From: Vicinamibacteria bacterium
GTDB lineage: Bacteria; Acidobacteriota; Vicinamibacteria; Vicinamibacterales; CAVVIG01
Reading direction: 5' to 3'
DNA length: 52,686 nt
Assembly: GCA_041484265.1 (NCBI GenBank)
Contig: JBGPHH010000002.1
Span: 1-52,686 of the forward strand
Part shown: in pieces, positions 8,437 to 16,716 of the stretch
How the letters are laid out: every line of letters starts with the position of its first letter
Numbering within the stretch: the first letter of the stretch is position 1
The notes under the pieces: model-generated
What the model was told of the DNA's origin: nothing
The model's input: the letters and a program-made list of their open reading frames with translations, nothing else
The model's database searches: none
Position numbers and translations under genes: made by a program

Positions 8437-10619
8437 GCCGCCACCTCCTACGCATCGTCAGTCTGGCCGGGCTCGCCGTGCTCCTCCACGGTGCTCCAGC
8501 GAGCGCCGACGACCGGCCCGTCGTGTTCGTCCATGGATTCCTGGGAAACGCAGGGACCTGGCAGGATGCCGCTGGCCGCCTGCAAGGGTTGCTCTTGATC
8601 GATCCTCACAGGCCGGAAACCTCTTGGACGAATCACTTCGACGCCCAGGCCGACCAGCTCCAGTCCCAGCTCTCGACGCTCCCGAGTACGACGATCGCGG
8701 TCGGCCACAGTTTCGGCGGACTTGTCGCGCGCCAATGGAACAGGACGCATCCGCTTGCAGGCATTGTCACCGTCGGTACGCCGCATCTCGGCGCGCCGCT
8801 CGCGTACTACGGCAACCTTGGCGCCTGGCTGAGCTTCAACTTTTCGGCAGCTGACCTGTTCAACGCGGTCTCCGACGCTCTCAGCGATTCAGAAGAGTGG
8901 CAATGGGTGTCTTCCTACGTGTTGCCCTATCTCGACTGGGCGTTCTACAGCTTCGCCGACCCCGTCTTCAGCGGCATCGCCGGGACACTCGGCTTCCAAG
9001 TCGGTCTTCCCGTTCTTGGCGATTCCTATCCGTATGCGCCTTACATGCTGGACCTGAATAGTGCGACGAACTTGAGTCGAGAAGCGGCGGCGATTCCCAG
9101 CCGCGTGGGCATTGTGAGCTGGGACCCCAACAACTATTATGCCGGTCCGGCCCACGCTCTCAGTCCCGACAACGCGAACACGATTGCGGGTCTCCTGTAT
9201 GGCGGCGCTGCTGCGCTCGAGTATTGGGCGGACTACGTCTTTTTCAGCGATCCTGGCAATCCAGACTCGGTCCATCTGGCAAACACGTTGTACGGAGTGG
9301 TGGACTGGATCTTGGATGTCGACCCGATCTGGTGCAAAGCGATCTCATCGACATCGTTCAACTCGTGTTGGGTCAGCGACGGGGTCATACCTCAATACAG
9401 TCAGGTGTACCAGGGCGGGAATTTCCAAATCAACTGGCCCGGCGGGCCCGCGCATCTGCAGGAAGCCAAGCAGAGTGACTACGCAATATACCTGGCCCTC
9501 ACCAACCTCATGAACGTACCTCCGCGGCCAGGCAGCGTGCCCCCTTCCGGCGTCGTCGTCTCCTGGTGCGATCCGACGCACCTCAGGTTCGGCGACTACA
9601 ACGGCGACGGCAAGCTCGACTTGAGCTGTCACAACGACGCGGGGCAGCACCTTGTGGCGTTCTCGAATGGCGACGGCACCTTCCTATCGTCGCCCTCGTG
9701 GACCGACGCCTGGTGCGATCCGACGCACCTCAGGTCCGGCGACTATAACGGCGACGGCAAGCTCGACTTGAGCTGCCACAACGACGCGGGGCAACACGTC
9801 ATTGCGTTCTCGAATGGCGACGGCACCTTCACCTCGACGAGCTGGACCGCCCCCTGGTGCGATCCGACCCACCTCAAGTTCGGCGACTACAACGGAGACG
9901 GCAAGCTCGACTTGAGCTGCCACGACGACTACGGACACCACATCATCAATTTCTCGAATGGCGACGGCACGTTCTCCTCGCCGGGTTGGTGGAACTTGAA
10001 CGCCCCGTGGTGCGATCCGACGCATCTCAAATTCGGCGACTACAACGGCGACCACAAGCTCGACTTGAGCTGCCACGACGACGACGGGCACCACATCATC
10101 GCGTTCTCGAATGGCGACGGCACGTTCACGTCGCCGGGCTGGTGGAACCTGAACGCCCCCTGGTGCGATCCGACGCACCTCAAGTTCGGCGACTACAACG
10201 GCGATGGCAAAACCGACCTGAGCTGCCATCACCCAGATGGCTACCACATCATCGCCTTCTCGAATGGCGACGGCACGTTCACCTCGCCGGGCTGGTGGAA
10301 CTGGGGCGCGCCGTGGTGCGATCCCTCACACTTGAAGTTCGGCGACTATAACGGCGACGGAAAGCTCGACCTGAGCTGCCACGACGACTCGGGGCATCAC
10401 ATCATCGCGTTCTCGAATGGCAACGGCACGTTCACCTCGCCGGGCTGGTGGAACTTGAACGCCCCGTGGTGCGATCCGACGCACCTCCAGTTCGGTGATT
10501 ACAACGGCGACGGCAAGCTCGATATGTCATGCCACCACCCGTACGGCATCCACGCCGTGGCCTTCTCCAACGGTGACGGCACGTTCAGCCCGAAGAACTG
10601 GTGGCCCTGGCCCTACTGA
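8433..10619 (+). CDS. secreted alpha/beta-hydrolase (lipase/esterase-like) fused to a 7-unit FG-GAP/VCBS-type repeat module
   Basis: Signal peptide ending ASADD. Lipase-like motifs PVVFVHGFLGN and the nucleophile elbow GHSFGG. The C-terminus has 7 tandem units of about 48-51 aa starting with WCDP. Confidence 0.8.
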   Translation: MSRHLLRIVSLAGLAVLLHGAPASADDRPVVFVHGFLGNAGTWQDAAGRLQGLLLIDPHRPETSWTNHFDAQADQLQSQLSTLPSTTIAVGHSFGGLVARQWNRTHPLAGIVTVGTPHLGAPLAYYGNLGAWLSFNFSAADLFNAVSDALSDSEEWQWVSSYVLPYLDWAFYSFADPVFSGIAGTLGFQVGLPVLGDSYPYAPYMLDLNSATNLSREAAAIPSRVGIVSWDPNNYYAGPAHALSPDNANTIAGLLYGGAAALEYWADYVFFSDPGNPDSVHLANTLYGVVDWILDVDPIWCKAISSTSFNSCWVSDGVIPQYSQVYQGGNFQINWPGGPAHLQEAKQSDYAIYLALTNLMNVPPRPGSVPPSGVVVSWCDPTHLRFGDYNGDGKLDLSCHNDAGQHLVAFSNGDGTFLSSPSWTDAWCDPTHLRSGDYNGDGKLDLSCHNDAGQHVIAFSNGDGTFTSTSWTAPWCDPTHLKFGDYNGDGKLDLSCHDDYGHHIINFSNGDGTFSSPGWWNLNAPWCDPTHLKFGDYNGDHKLDLSCHDDDGHHIIAFSNGDGTFTSPGWWNLNAPWCDPTHLKFGDYNGDGKTDLSCHHPDGYHIIAFSNGDGTFTSPGWWNWGAPWCDPSHLKFGDYNGDGKLDLSCHDDSGHHIIAFSNGNGTFTSPGWWNLNAPWCDPTHLQFGDYNGDGKLDMSCHHPYGIHAVAFSNGDGTFSPKNWWPWPY
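9564..10616 (+). repeat. in-frame tandem coding repeat, 7 units of 144-153 bp (FG-GAP/VCBS-like blades)
   Basis: WCDPxHLxFGDYNGDGKLDLSCHxDxGxHxxxFSNGDGTF recurs 7 times, with long near-identical nucleotide stretches between units. Confidence 0.9.
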
Positions 10620-10633
10620 GACTAGAGGAATTT

Positions 10634-12805
10634 ATGAGTGCATACCGCGTCGCCGACACGCCGAGAAAGTGGTTGGTGCTGGTCGCGCTTGGGCTTGGGG
10701 GCTTCAGCGCGCTTCCGGCCGCCAGCATGCTCCAGGAACGCGGACTCACCGTGGCGCAGCCTGGGCCTCAGGTGAAGTTTCGTCGGAGTCAACGACGTGT
10801 TCCCAATCAGTACCTCGTCCGACTGGATGACGATACGCTTCGCCGGTCCGCGGCTGCCAGACCCGGGAGCACCATGGCGCTCGAGGTGGATTTCAAGACG
10901 ACTGAACTGGTGCGACGCTACGGCGGCCGGCTGAGAAGCGTGTTCCGGTGGGCCGGCAGAGGCTTCTCCGTAGAGATGAACGAAGCGCAAGCGACGGCCC
11001 TCAGCGGCGCTCCTGATGTGGCGTTTGTCGAAGAGGACGGAGTCGTGTCCCCCACGTTCACGCAAAGCAATGCCCCGTGGGGACTTGATCGCATCGATCA
11101 GCGCAACCGGCCGACCGACGGCCTCTACAACTACGAGATGACGGGACAGGGCGTCCACGTCTATGTCATCGATTCAGGCATTCGCGCCACGCATCAGGAC
11201 TTTGGTGGCCGTGCCACATTGGATGCGGACTTCATTGGTGATGGTCAAGGGGGTAACGACTGCTTTGGCCACGGCACACACGTGGCGGGCATCATCGGCG
11301 GGACTACCTATGGTGTTGCCAAGAGTGTGCGACTTCACGCGGTCAGAGTCTTCAATTGCGTTGGGGCCGGTGGAACCTTTGAGACCGTCACCAACGCCGT
11401 CAACTGGGTCACGGCCAACCACCTCAGTCCGGCGGTCGCCAATATGAGCCTCGGTGGACCAGCCAATTCGATGCTTGACGACGCGATCCGGGACTCCATC
11501 TCGAGTGGCGTGACCTACGTCGTCGCTGCGGGGAACGACGGTGTTGATGCCAGCAATACTTCGCCAGCGCGCGTCGCCGAGGCTATCACTGTTGGTGCGG
11601 TGGACAGCGTTGACAACAAAGCTGGGTTTTCAAACTTTGGCGCGGTGGTGGATGTGTTTGCGCCGGGTGTCAGTATCCTTTCTGCGTACATTGGTAGTGA
11701 TACCTCAACCGCCACGCTTTCAGGCACGTCGATGGCGACACCGCACGTGGCTGGCGTTGCCGCACTCAACCTACAAGCGTTCCCGACCGCCAAGCCAAGC
11801 GACATCCAGCAGATCATTACCGTGACTGCAACGGCCGGGCTCGTCGGGAATTCAGGATCCGGGTCGCCCAACAGGCTGCTATATTTTCTGCATCCGACGC
11901 TCGTCGCCTGGTGCGATCCCGCGCACCTCACGTTCGGCGACTACAATGGCGACGGCAAGCTCGACTTGAGCTGCCACGACGACTCAGGGCGCCACATCAT
12001 CGCGTTCTCGAATGGCGACGGCACCTTTGCCTCGTCGGACTGGACCTCCTCCTGGTGCGATCCGTCGCACCTCAGGTTCGGCGACTACAACGGCGACGGG
12101 AGGCTCGACTTGAGCTGCCACAACGACTCGGGGCAGCACATCATCAATTTCTCGAATGGCAACGGCACCTTCACCTCGACGAGCTGGACCGCCCCGTGGT
12201 GCGATCCGGCGCACCTCAAGTTCGGCCACTACAACGGCGACGCCAAGCTCGACTTGAGTTGCCACAGCGACACCGGATACCACATCGTGAATTTCTCGAA
12301 CGGCGACGGCACGTTCTCGTCGCCGGGCTGGTGGGGCGCGCAGTGGTGCGACCCCTTACATCTGCAGTTCGGCGACTATAACGGCGACGGCAAGACCGAC
12401 TTAAGCTGCCATCACCCAGATGGCTACCACATCGTGGCCTTCTCGAACGGCGACGGTACGTTCTCCTCGCCCGGCTGGTGGAACTGGGGCTCGCCGTGGT
12501 GCGATCCGTCGCACCTCAGGTTCGGCGACTACAACGGCGACGGGAAGCTCGACTTGAGCTGCCACGACGACTCGGGGCATCACATCATCGCGTTCTCGAA
12601 TGGCGACGGGACGTTCACGTCGCCAGGCTGGTGGAACTTGAACGCCCCGTGGTGCGATCCGACGCACCTCAGGTCCGGCGACTTCAACGGCGACGGGAAG
12701 CTCGACTTGAGCTGCCACGACGACTACGGGCACCACATCATCGCGTTCTCGAACGGCGACGGCACGTTCGGCTCGACGGCGTGGTGGCCCTGGCCGCCCA
12801 ACTGA
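10634..12805 (+). CDS. secreted S8 (subtilisin/proteinase K-like) serine peptidase with a propeptide, fused to a 6-unit FG-GAP/VCBS-type repeat module
   Basis: ATG 10634 follows GAGGAA. It has a signal or anchor sequence and an I9-like propeptide (YLVRLDDD...FSVEMNEAQATAL). Catalytic triad motifs are VYVIDSGI (Asp), HGTHVAGIIGG (His) and SGTSMATPHVAG (Ser). Six WCDP units follow. Confidence 0.85.
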   Translation: MSAYRVADTPRKWLVLVALGLGGFSALPAASMLQERGLTVAQPGPQVKFRRSQRRVPNQYLVRLDDDTLRRSAAARPGSTMALEVDFKTTELVRRYGGRLRSVFRWAGRGFSVEMNEAQATALSGAPDVAFVEEDGVVSPTFTQSNAPWGLDRIDQRNRPTDGLYNYEMTGQGVHVYVIDSGIRATHQDFGGRATLDADFIGDGQGGNDCFGHGTHVAGIIGGTTYGVAKSVRLHAVRVFNCVGAGGTFETVTNAVNWVTANHLSPAVANMSLGGPANSMLDDAIRDSISSGVTYVVAAGNDGVDASNTSPARVAEAITVGAVDSVDNKAGFSNFGAVVDVFAPGVSILSAYIGSDTSTATLSGTSMATPHVAGVAALNLQAFPTAKPSDIQQIITVTATAGLVGNSGSGSPNRLLYFLHPTLVAWCDPAHLTFGDYNGDGKLDLSCHDDSGRHIIAFSNGDGTFASSDWTSSWCDPSHLRFGDYNGDGRLDLSCHNDSGQHIINFSNGNGTFTSTSWTAPWCDPAHLKFGHYNGDAKLDLSCHSDTGYHIVNFSNGDGTFSSPGWWGAQWCDPLHLQFGDYNGDGKTDLSCHHPDGYHIVAFSNGDGTFSSPGWWNWGSPWCDPSHLRFGDYNGDGKLDLSCHDDSGHHIIAFSNGDGTFTSPGWWNLNAPWCDPTHLRSGDFNGDGKLDLSCHDDYGHHIIAFSNGDGTFGSTAWWPWPPN
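11909..12802 (+). repeat. in-frame tandem coding repeat, 6 units of 144-153 bp, homologous to 9564-10616
   Basis: Same unit consensus as the upstream gene. A 49-nt run is perfectly identical between 10373-10421 and 12556-12604. Confidence 0.9.
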
Positions 12806-12828
12806 AGGTCGAGCTCCGGCGGGATCTC

Positions 12829-12958
12829 CGTGGCGTCACGCGTCGCGAGAGGCACCCTTGGCAAGTGTCTTTATCATCCGGGACGACTGACAGAGGAAGA
12901 GCTCGAGGCCGCCATTCGAACGTTGCTGGCCGGCTCTTTGGGTCGATCCGGTGTCTAA
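12829..12958 (+). pseudogene. orphan 3' fragment of a TlpA-family gene (paralog of 5261-6208)
   Basis: It translates to ...LYHPGRLTEEELEAAIRTLLAGSLGRSGV*, versus ...LYHPGRLTEEELDAAIRRLL* at the end of 5261-6208. A 23-nt block is identical (12872-12894 = 6149-6171), and the differences after it are mostly synonymous. No upstream thioredoxin-fold coding sequence is present. Confidence 0.6.
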
Positions 12959-13001
12959 ACGCTGAAGTCCGTCCCCGGGTCCGGCGGCGCACGGTTCACG
13001 C

Positions 13002-13029
13002 TTGACAGTCCCTCGGCGGTCCCCATAAT
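13002..13029 (+). promoter_or_regulatory. sigma70-like promoter (TTGACA, 16-nt spacer, CATAAT) for the adaptor/MacB operon
   Basis: -35 at 13002-13007 is a perfect consensus. -10 is at 13024-13029. The first possible start (GTG 13046) lies 17 nt downstream of the -10. Confidence 0.45.
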
Positions 13030-13045
13030 CAGGCAGGAACGCTCA

Positions 13046-14116
13046 GTGTCCGCGACAGACCGCTTATCCGCGGTAGCCGGCATGGCGCTATTGGCCGGCA
13101 CACTCGCCTGCGGAGGCTCGCCGCGCGGCGCCCAGCCCGCCCCGGCGAAATCGATGGATCGAGAGGCCGGAGCGGGAATCCTTCGGCTCACAGGCACGGT
13201 CGAGGCGGTTCAGGTCCGCACCGTCTCCGTGCCGAGGCTCCTTGGTCCGCAGACGCCACTCCTCATCATCGGCCTCGTGCCCGCGGGCAGCCGCGTCAAG
13301 CCGGGCGAGCTCGTGGTTGAGTTCGATCCGCAGCAGCAGGAGCGCAATGCCTTCGACCGTCGCGCCGAGGCCGTGAACCTCGACGGCCAGATCGACAAGA
13401 AGCGCGCCGGACAGACCGCAGACGAAGCCAAGGACAAGACCGAGCTCACGGCGGCCGAGAACGACGTGGAGCGCGCCGGCCTCGAAATGCGCAAGAACGG
13501 GCTTCTTCCCCGAAACGACGCCGAGAAAAATACGCTGGCGCTCCAGCAGGCCACGGCCCGCTTCGACCAGCTGAAGATCACGTACGATCTCAAGCGCAAG
13601 GCGGCGGCGGCCGAAATTCGCATCCTCGAAATTCAGCGCGAACGGGCCGATCGCGCGCTCCGCTACGCGCAGCAGAATGCCGCCCTCATGCAGACCAAGG
13701 CGCCCTTCAGCGGGCTGGTCGTCATCAAGCGCAACTACCGGAATGGTGCCTTCGTCGAGATCGCCGAAGGCGACGAAGTCCGTCCCAACACCCCGATCCT
13801 CGACCTCGTGGATACGTCCGTGATGCGCGTCCGCGTCCGGCTGAACCAGGCCGACGCGCGGCTGGTCCACGCGGGGCAGCGCGCCAAGATTGGTCTCGAT
13901 GGCTTTCCGGATCTGAAGTTCGACGGCCAGGTCACGACGGTGACGCCGCTCGCGTCGCCGAGTCAGCTCTCGCGAACGGTGCGATCGTTTGCGGCCATTG
14001 TGTCCATCGAAGGCTCCCATCCCCAGCTTCTGCCCGATCTGACGGCCTCGGTGGACATCGTCCCCGACCGCGTCCCGGTCGTACCCGTTCAGGCGGCGCT
14101 CGAGGGAGGACGCTGA
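13046..14116 (+). CDS. HlyD/MacA-family periplasmic adaptor, paralog 1 (possible lipoprotein)
   Basis: The N-terminal signal contains Cys (LLAGTLACGG). A beta-strand/lipoyl-like segment (PGELVVEFD) is followed by a long coiled-coil hairpin, then APFSGLVV and barrel segments. Alternative start: ATG 13082. Confidence 0.75.
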   Translation: MSATDRLSAVAGMALLAGTLACGGSPRGAQPAPAKSMDREAGAGILRLTGTVEAVQVRTVSVPRLLGPQTPLLIIGLVPAGSRVKPGELVVEFDPQQQERNAFDRRAEAVNLDGQIDKKRAGQTADEAKDKTELTAAENDVERAGLEMRKNGLLPRNDAEKNTLALQQATARFDQLKITYDLKRKAAAAEIRILEIQRERADRALRYAQQNAALMQTKAPFSGLVVIKRNYRNGAFVEIAEGDEVRPNTPILDLVDTSVMRVRVRLNQADARLVHAGQRAKIGLDGFPDLKFDGQVTTVTPLASPSQLSRTVRSFAAIVSIEGSHPQLLPDLTASVDIVPDRVPVVPVQAALEGGR

Positions 14117-14117
14117 C

Positions 14118-15344
14118 GTGCGCAGTTTCGTCGTCGCCGGCGTCCTCATCGCGGCGGGCGCAGGCGCGTACACGTTCTACAGAGGCAGCGTCGCTGGCAG
14201 TACCGACACCATTGCCGTCACGCGCGGCGAGTATTCGGACATCGTCGAGATCCGCGGTCAGATTCAGCCGGTGAAGTCCACCTACGTGACGGCCCCACTG
14301 AGCGCGGGCGAGCTACAGATTTTGACGATGGCCGCCAATGGCACCACGGTGAAGGCCGGCGACGTCGTGGCGGAGTTCGACGCGGTGGCGCTCAGACGCA
14401 CCATTCAGGAGAAGCAGGTGGAGCTCAGGAGCGTGACGGCTGAGCTTGGACAGGGCCAGGCCCAATCGGCCATCGCGACGGAAGCGCGGCAGGCGGCGGT
14501 GAAGAAGGCCGAGTTCGATGTGCTCAAGGCCAAGCTGGGGCTCGGCGACATTGCCTTCGTCGCGGCCATCGACGCCGAGAAAGCCAAGCTGGCGGTGGCG
14601 GATGCCGAACAGCGGCTCCGCGAAGCGCAGGCGTCAGTCGAGTCGGCCAAAGCCGACGCGCGGGCCGATCGCGAGATCCGCGAACGGAAGATCGCCAAGA
14701 CCCAAGGGGACCTCGAGCTGGCCCAACGGCAAGTCGCGGCCTTGCGCGTGACGGCGCCGACCGACGGCACGGTGAGCATCCAGCCCAACTACAGGTCGAC
14801 GACGCCGATGGGCACGCCGCAGGAGTACCGCGCCGGCGACCGCGCGTTTCCGGGCGCCAATATTCTCGAATTGCCGGACCTCTCGTCTGTGTACCTCACG
14901 GCGCGGATAGACGAAGCCGACCGCGGCAAGCTGACGACGGCCCAGACCGCGGTGATTCGGGTGGATGCGATCGCCGATCGCGACTACAAGGCCGACGTCA
15001 GCGACATCTCGGTGCTCGCGCGGACTGATTTCACGAGCGGCTGGCCGCCGCCCAAGCAGTTCGACTTGAAGTTGACGATCCAGGATCCGGACGCGCGCCT
15101 GCGGCCGGGGATGAGCGCAGCGGCGCGCATTACCGTCGGACGGATCCCGAACGTCTTGCTCGTGCCGTCAGGATCCGTTTTCTACGAAGAAGGTCGAACG
15201 GTGGTCTATCGGCTGGCGCGGCAGGGATTCGAGGCGGCGCCCATTGCGGTGGTCCGCCGGGGCCGCGATCAGGCTGCCGTCTCCGGCGGGATCAAAGAAG
15301 GCGATCGCATCGCTCGCACGCGCCCCGTTGAAACCCAGAAGTAG
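14118..15344 (+). CDS. HlyD/MacA-family periplasmic adaptor, paralog 2 (N-terminal TM anchor)
   Basis: GTG 14118 lies 1 nt after the previous stop and is preceded by GAGGGAGGA. Same architecture as paralog 1: AGDVVAEFD, long coiled coil, APTDGTVS. Confidence 0.75.
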   Translation: MRSFVVAGVLIAAGAGAYTFYRGSVAGSTDTIAVTRGEYSDIVEIRGQIQPVKSTYVTAPLSAGELQILTMAANGTTVKAGDVVAEFDAVALRRTIQEKQVELRSVTAELGQGQAQSAIATEARQAAVKKAEFDVLKAKLGLGDIAFVAAIDAEKAKLAVADAEQRLREAQASVESAKADARADREIRERKIAKTQGDLELAQRQVAALRVTAPTDGTVSIQPNYRSTTPMGTPQEYRAGDRAFPGANILELPDLSSVYLTARIDEADRGKLTTAQTAVIRVDAIADRDYKADVSDISVLARTDFTSGWPPPKQFDLKLTIQDPDARLRPGMSAAARITVGRIPNVLLVPSGSVFYEEGRTVVYRLARQGFEAAPIAVVRRGRDQAAVSGGIKEGDRIARTRPVETQK

Positions 15345-15345
15345 T

Positions 15346-15393
15346 GTCCGCCTTGAGGCGGACCGTGACTGAAGACTTCAGGCGGACCGTGAG
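15346..15393 (+). promoter_or_regulatory. structured intercistronic spacer: GTCCGCC-TTGA-GGCGGAC hairpin, TGAAGACTTCA palindrome, and a second GGCGGACCGTGA copy abutting the next start
   Basis: Stem arms at 15346-15352 and 15357-15363. The direct repeat AGGCGGACCGTGA occurs at 15356-15368 and 15380-15392. ATG is at 15394. Confidence 0.35.
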
Positions 15394-16716
15394 ATGAAGA
15401 CACGTCGCGTCATTGTGATCTCGGCAGTCGTCGTCATCGCCGCCCTCGCGGCGGCCGGCGTCGTCGTCGCGCGCTCGACCATCACGAAGGCCGCAGACAA
15501 CGCGTCGCCCACCGTGCCGACGACCCGCGTCGCGCGCGGATCGCTCGAGCTGACCGTCCACATGGACGGCGAGCTTCGGGCGTCGCATCAGCAGCAGATC
15601 CTGGCGCCCACGGTCGGCGGTGCGCTCCGCCTCCTGTCATTGGTCGACACCGGCGCCGAAGTCAAAAACGGCGACACCGTCGTCGAGTTCGATCCCGCTG
15701 ACCAGCAGTTTGCGCTCGAGCAGGCCGAGTCCGAGCTGCTCGAGGCTGAGCAGGAGATCATCAAGAGCAAGGCAGACACCAACGTCCAGGCGGCGGGGGA
15801 CAAGGTGAAGCTGCTCACGGCTCAGTTCGACGTCCGTCGCGCGGAGCTCGATGCTCTGGTCAAGGAAGACCTCGTGTCGGCCAACGACTTCAAGATCCGT
15901 CTGGCCTCCCTCGACGAGGCGCGGCGCACGCTGGCGCAGACCGAGCGGGATGTGGCGAGCCAGGCAGCGCTCAACAACGCCGGTTTGTCGGTGCTCGAAG
16001 AGAAGCGCGCGAAGGCGAAGCTCTCGGCCGATCGGGCGCGCCAGAATATTGAGAGCCTGGTCATCAAGGCGCCGATGGACGGTGTCGTCTCCGTGCGTGA
16101 GAATCAGGATGCCGCCGGCGGGTTCTTCTTTGGCGGGATGACGCTGCCGGTCTATCGCGTCGGCGACAGCGCCAATCCCGGCCGCGTCATCCAGGACATC
16201 TTCGACCTCTCCACATTGGAGATCCGCGCGACAGTGAACGAGCAGGACCGCGCGAATCTCTCGCCGGGCCAGACCGTTCAAGTGACGTCGAGCGCCATAC
16301 CCGGTCAGACGCTGTCGGCGACGATCAAGAGCATTTCCGGTCTCGGCCGATCCGATCGACAGGCCGGCCCGCTGCGCCTGTTCGACGTCACGCTGGTCCT
16401 TAATAAGGTGGACCGCGAGCTGCGGCCAGGGACCGCGGTGACGCTCGTCGCGCAGGGCCAGAAGATCGACAACGTGCTGGTGCTGCCCCGACAGGCGGTC
16501 TTCGAGGTTGACGGCAAGCCGGTCGTCTACGAACGGACGCAGACGGGATTCACGCCCCGCTCGGTCAAGGTCGTCCAACGCACCGAAAGCCGGGTGGCCA
16601 TCGACGGCGTGCCGCAAGGCACCGATGTCGCGCTCGTCAATCCCGACATCGCCGCTACGGGCGCGAGCGGGGCCAAGCCCACGGCGTCCGCGCCGGTCCC
16701 TGGGGCCGGACGATGA
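15394..16716 (+). CDS. HlyD/MacA-family periplasmic adaptor, paralog 3 (N-terminal TM anchor)
   Basis: TM anchor VIVISAVVVIAALAAAGVVV. Motifs NGDTVVEFD, long coiled coil, APMDGVVS. The stop overlaps the permease start (ATGA at 16713-16716). Confidence 0.8.
   Translation: MKTRRVIVISAVVVIAALAAAGVVVARSTITKAADNASPTVPTTRVARGSLELTVHMDGELRASHQQQILAPTVGGALRLLSLVDTGAEVKNGDTVVEFDPADQQFALEQAESELLEAEQEIIKSKADTNVQAAGDKVKLLTAQFDVRRAELDALVKEDLVSANDFKIRLASLDEARRTLAQTERDVASQAALNNAGLSVLEEKRAKAKLSADRARQNIESLVIKAPMDGVVSVRENQDAAGGFFFGGMTLPVYRVGDSANPGRVIQDIFDLSTLEIRATVNEQDRANLSPGQTVQVTSSAIPGQTLSATIKSISGLGRSDRQAGPLRLFDVTLVLNKVDRELRPGTAVTLVAQGQKIDNVLVLPRQAVFEVDGKPVVYERTQTGFTPRSVKVVQRTESRVAIDGVPQGTDVALVNPDIAATGASGAKPTASAPVPGAGR

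Noticed and set aside
9564-12802. Regularly spaced direct repeats of about 150 bp that could be mistaken for a CRISPR array or satellite
   Set aside because: The units are contiguous with no unique spacers, stay in frame inside two long ORFs, and encode a recognisable FG-GAP/VCBS protein repeat.
6209-12828. The segment bracketed by the TlpA 3'-end copies, considered as a mobile genomic island
   Set aside because: No integrase, transposase, tRNA or obvious composition shift is visible, so it is reported only as a rearrangement scar and not annotated as a mobile element.
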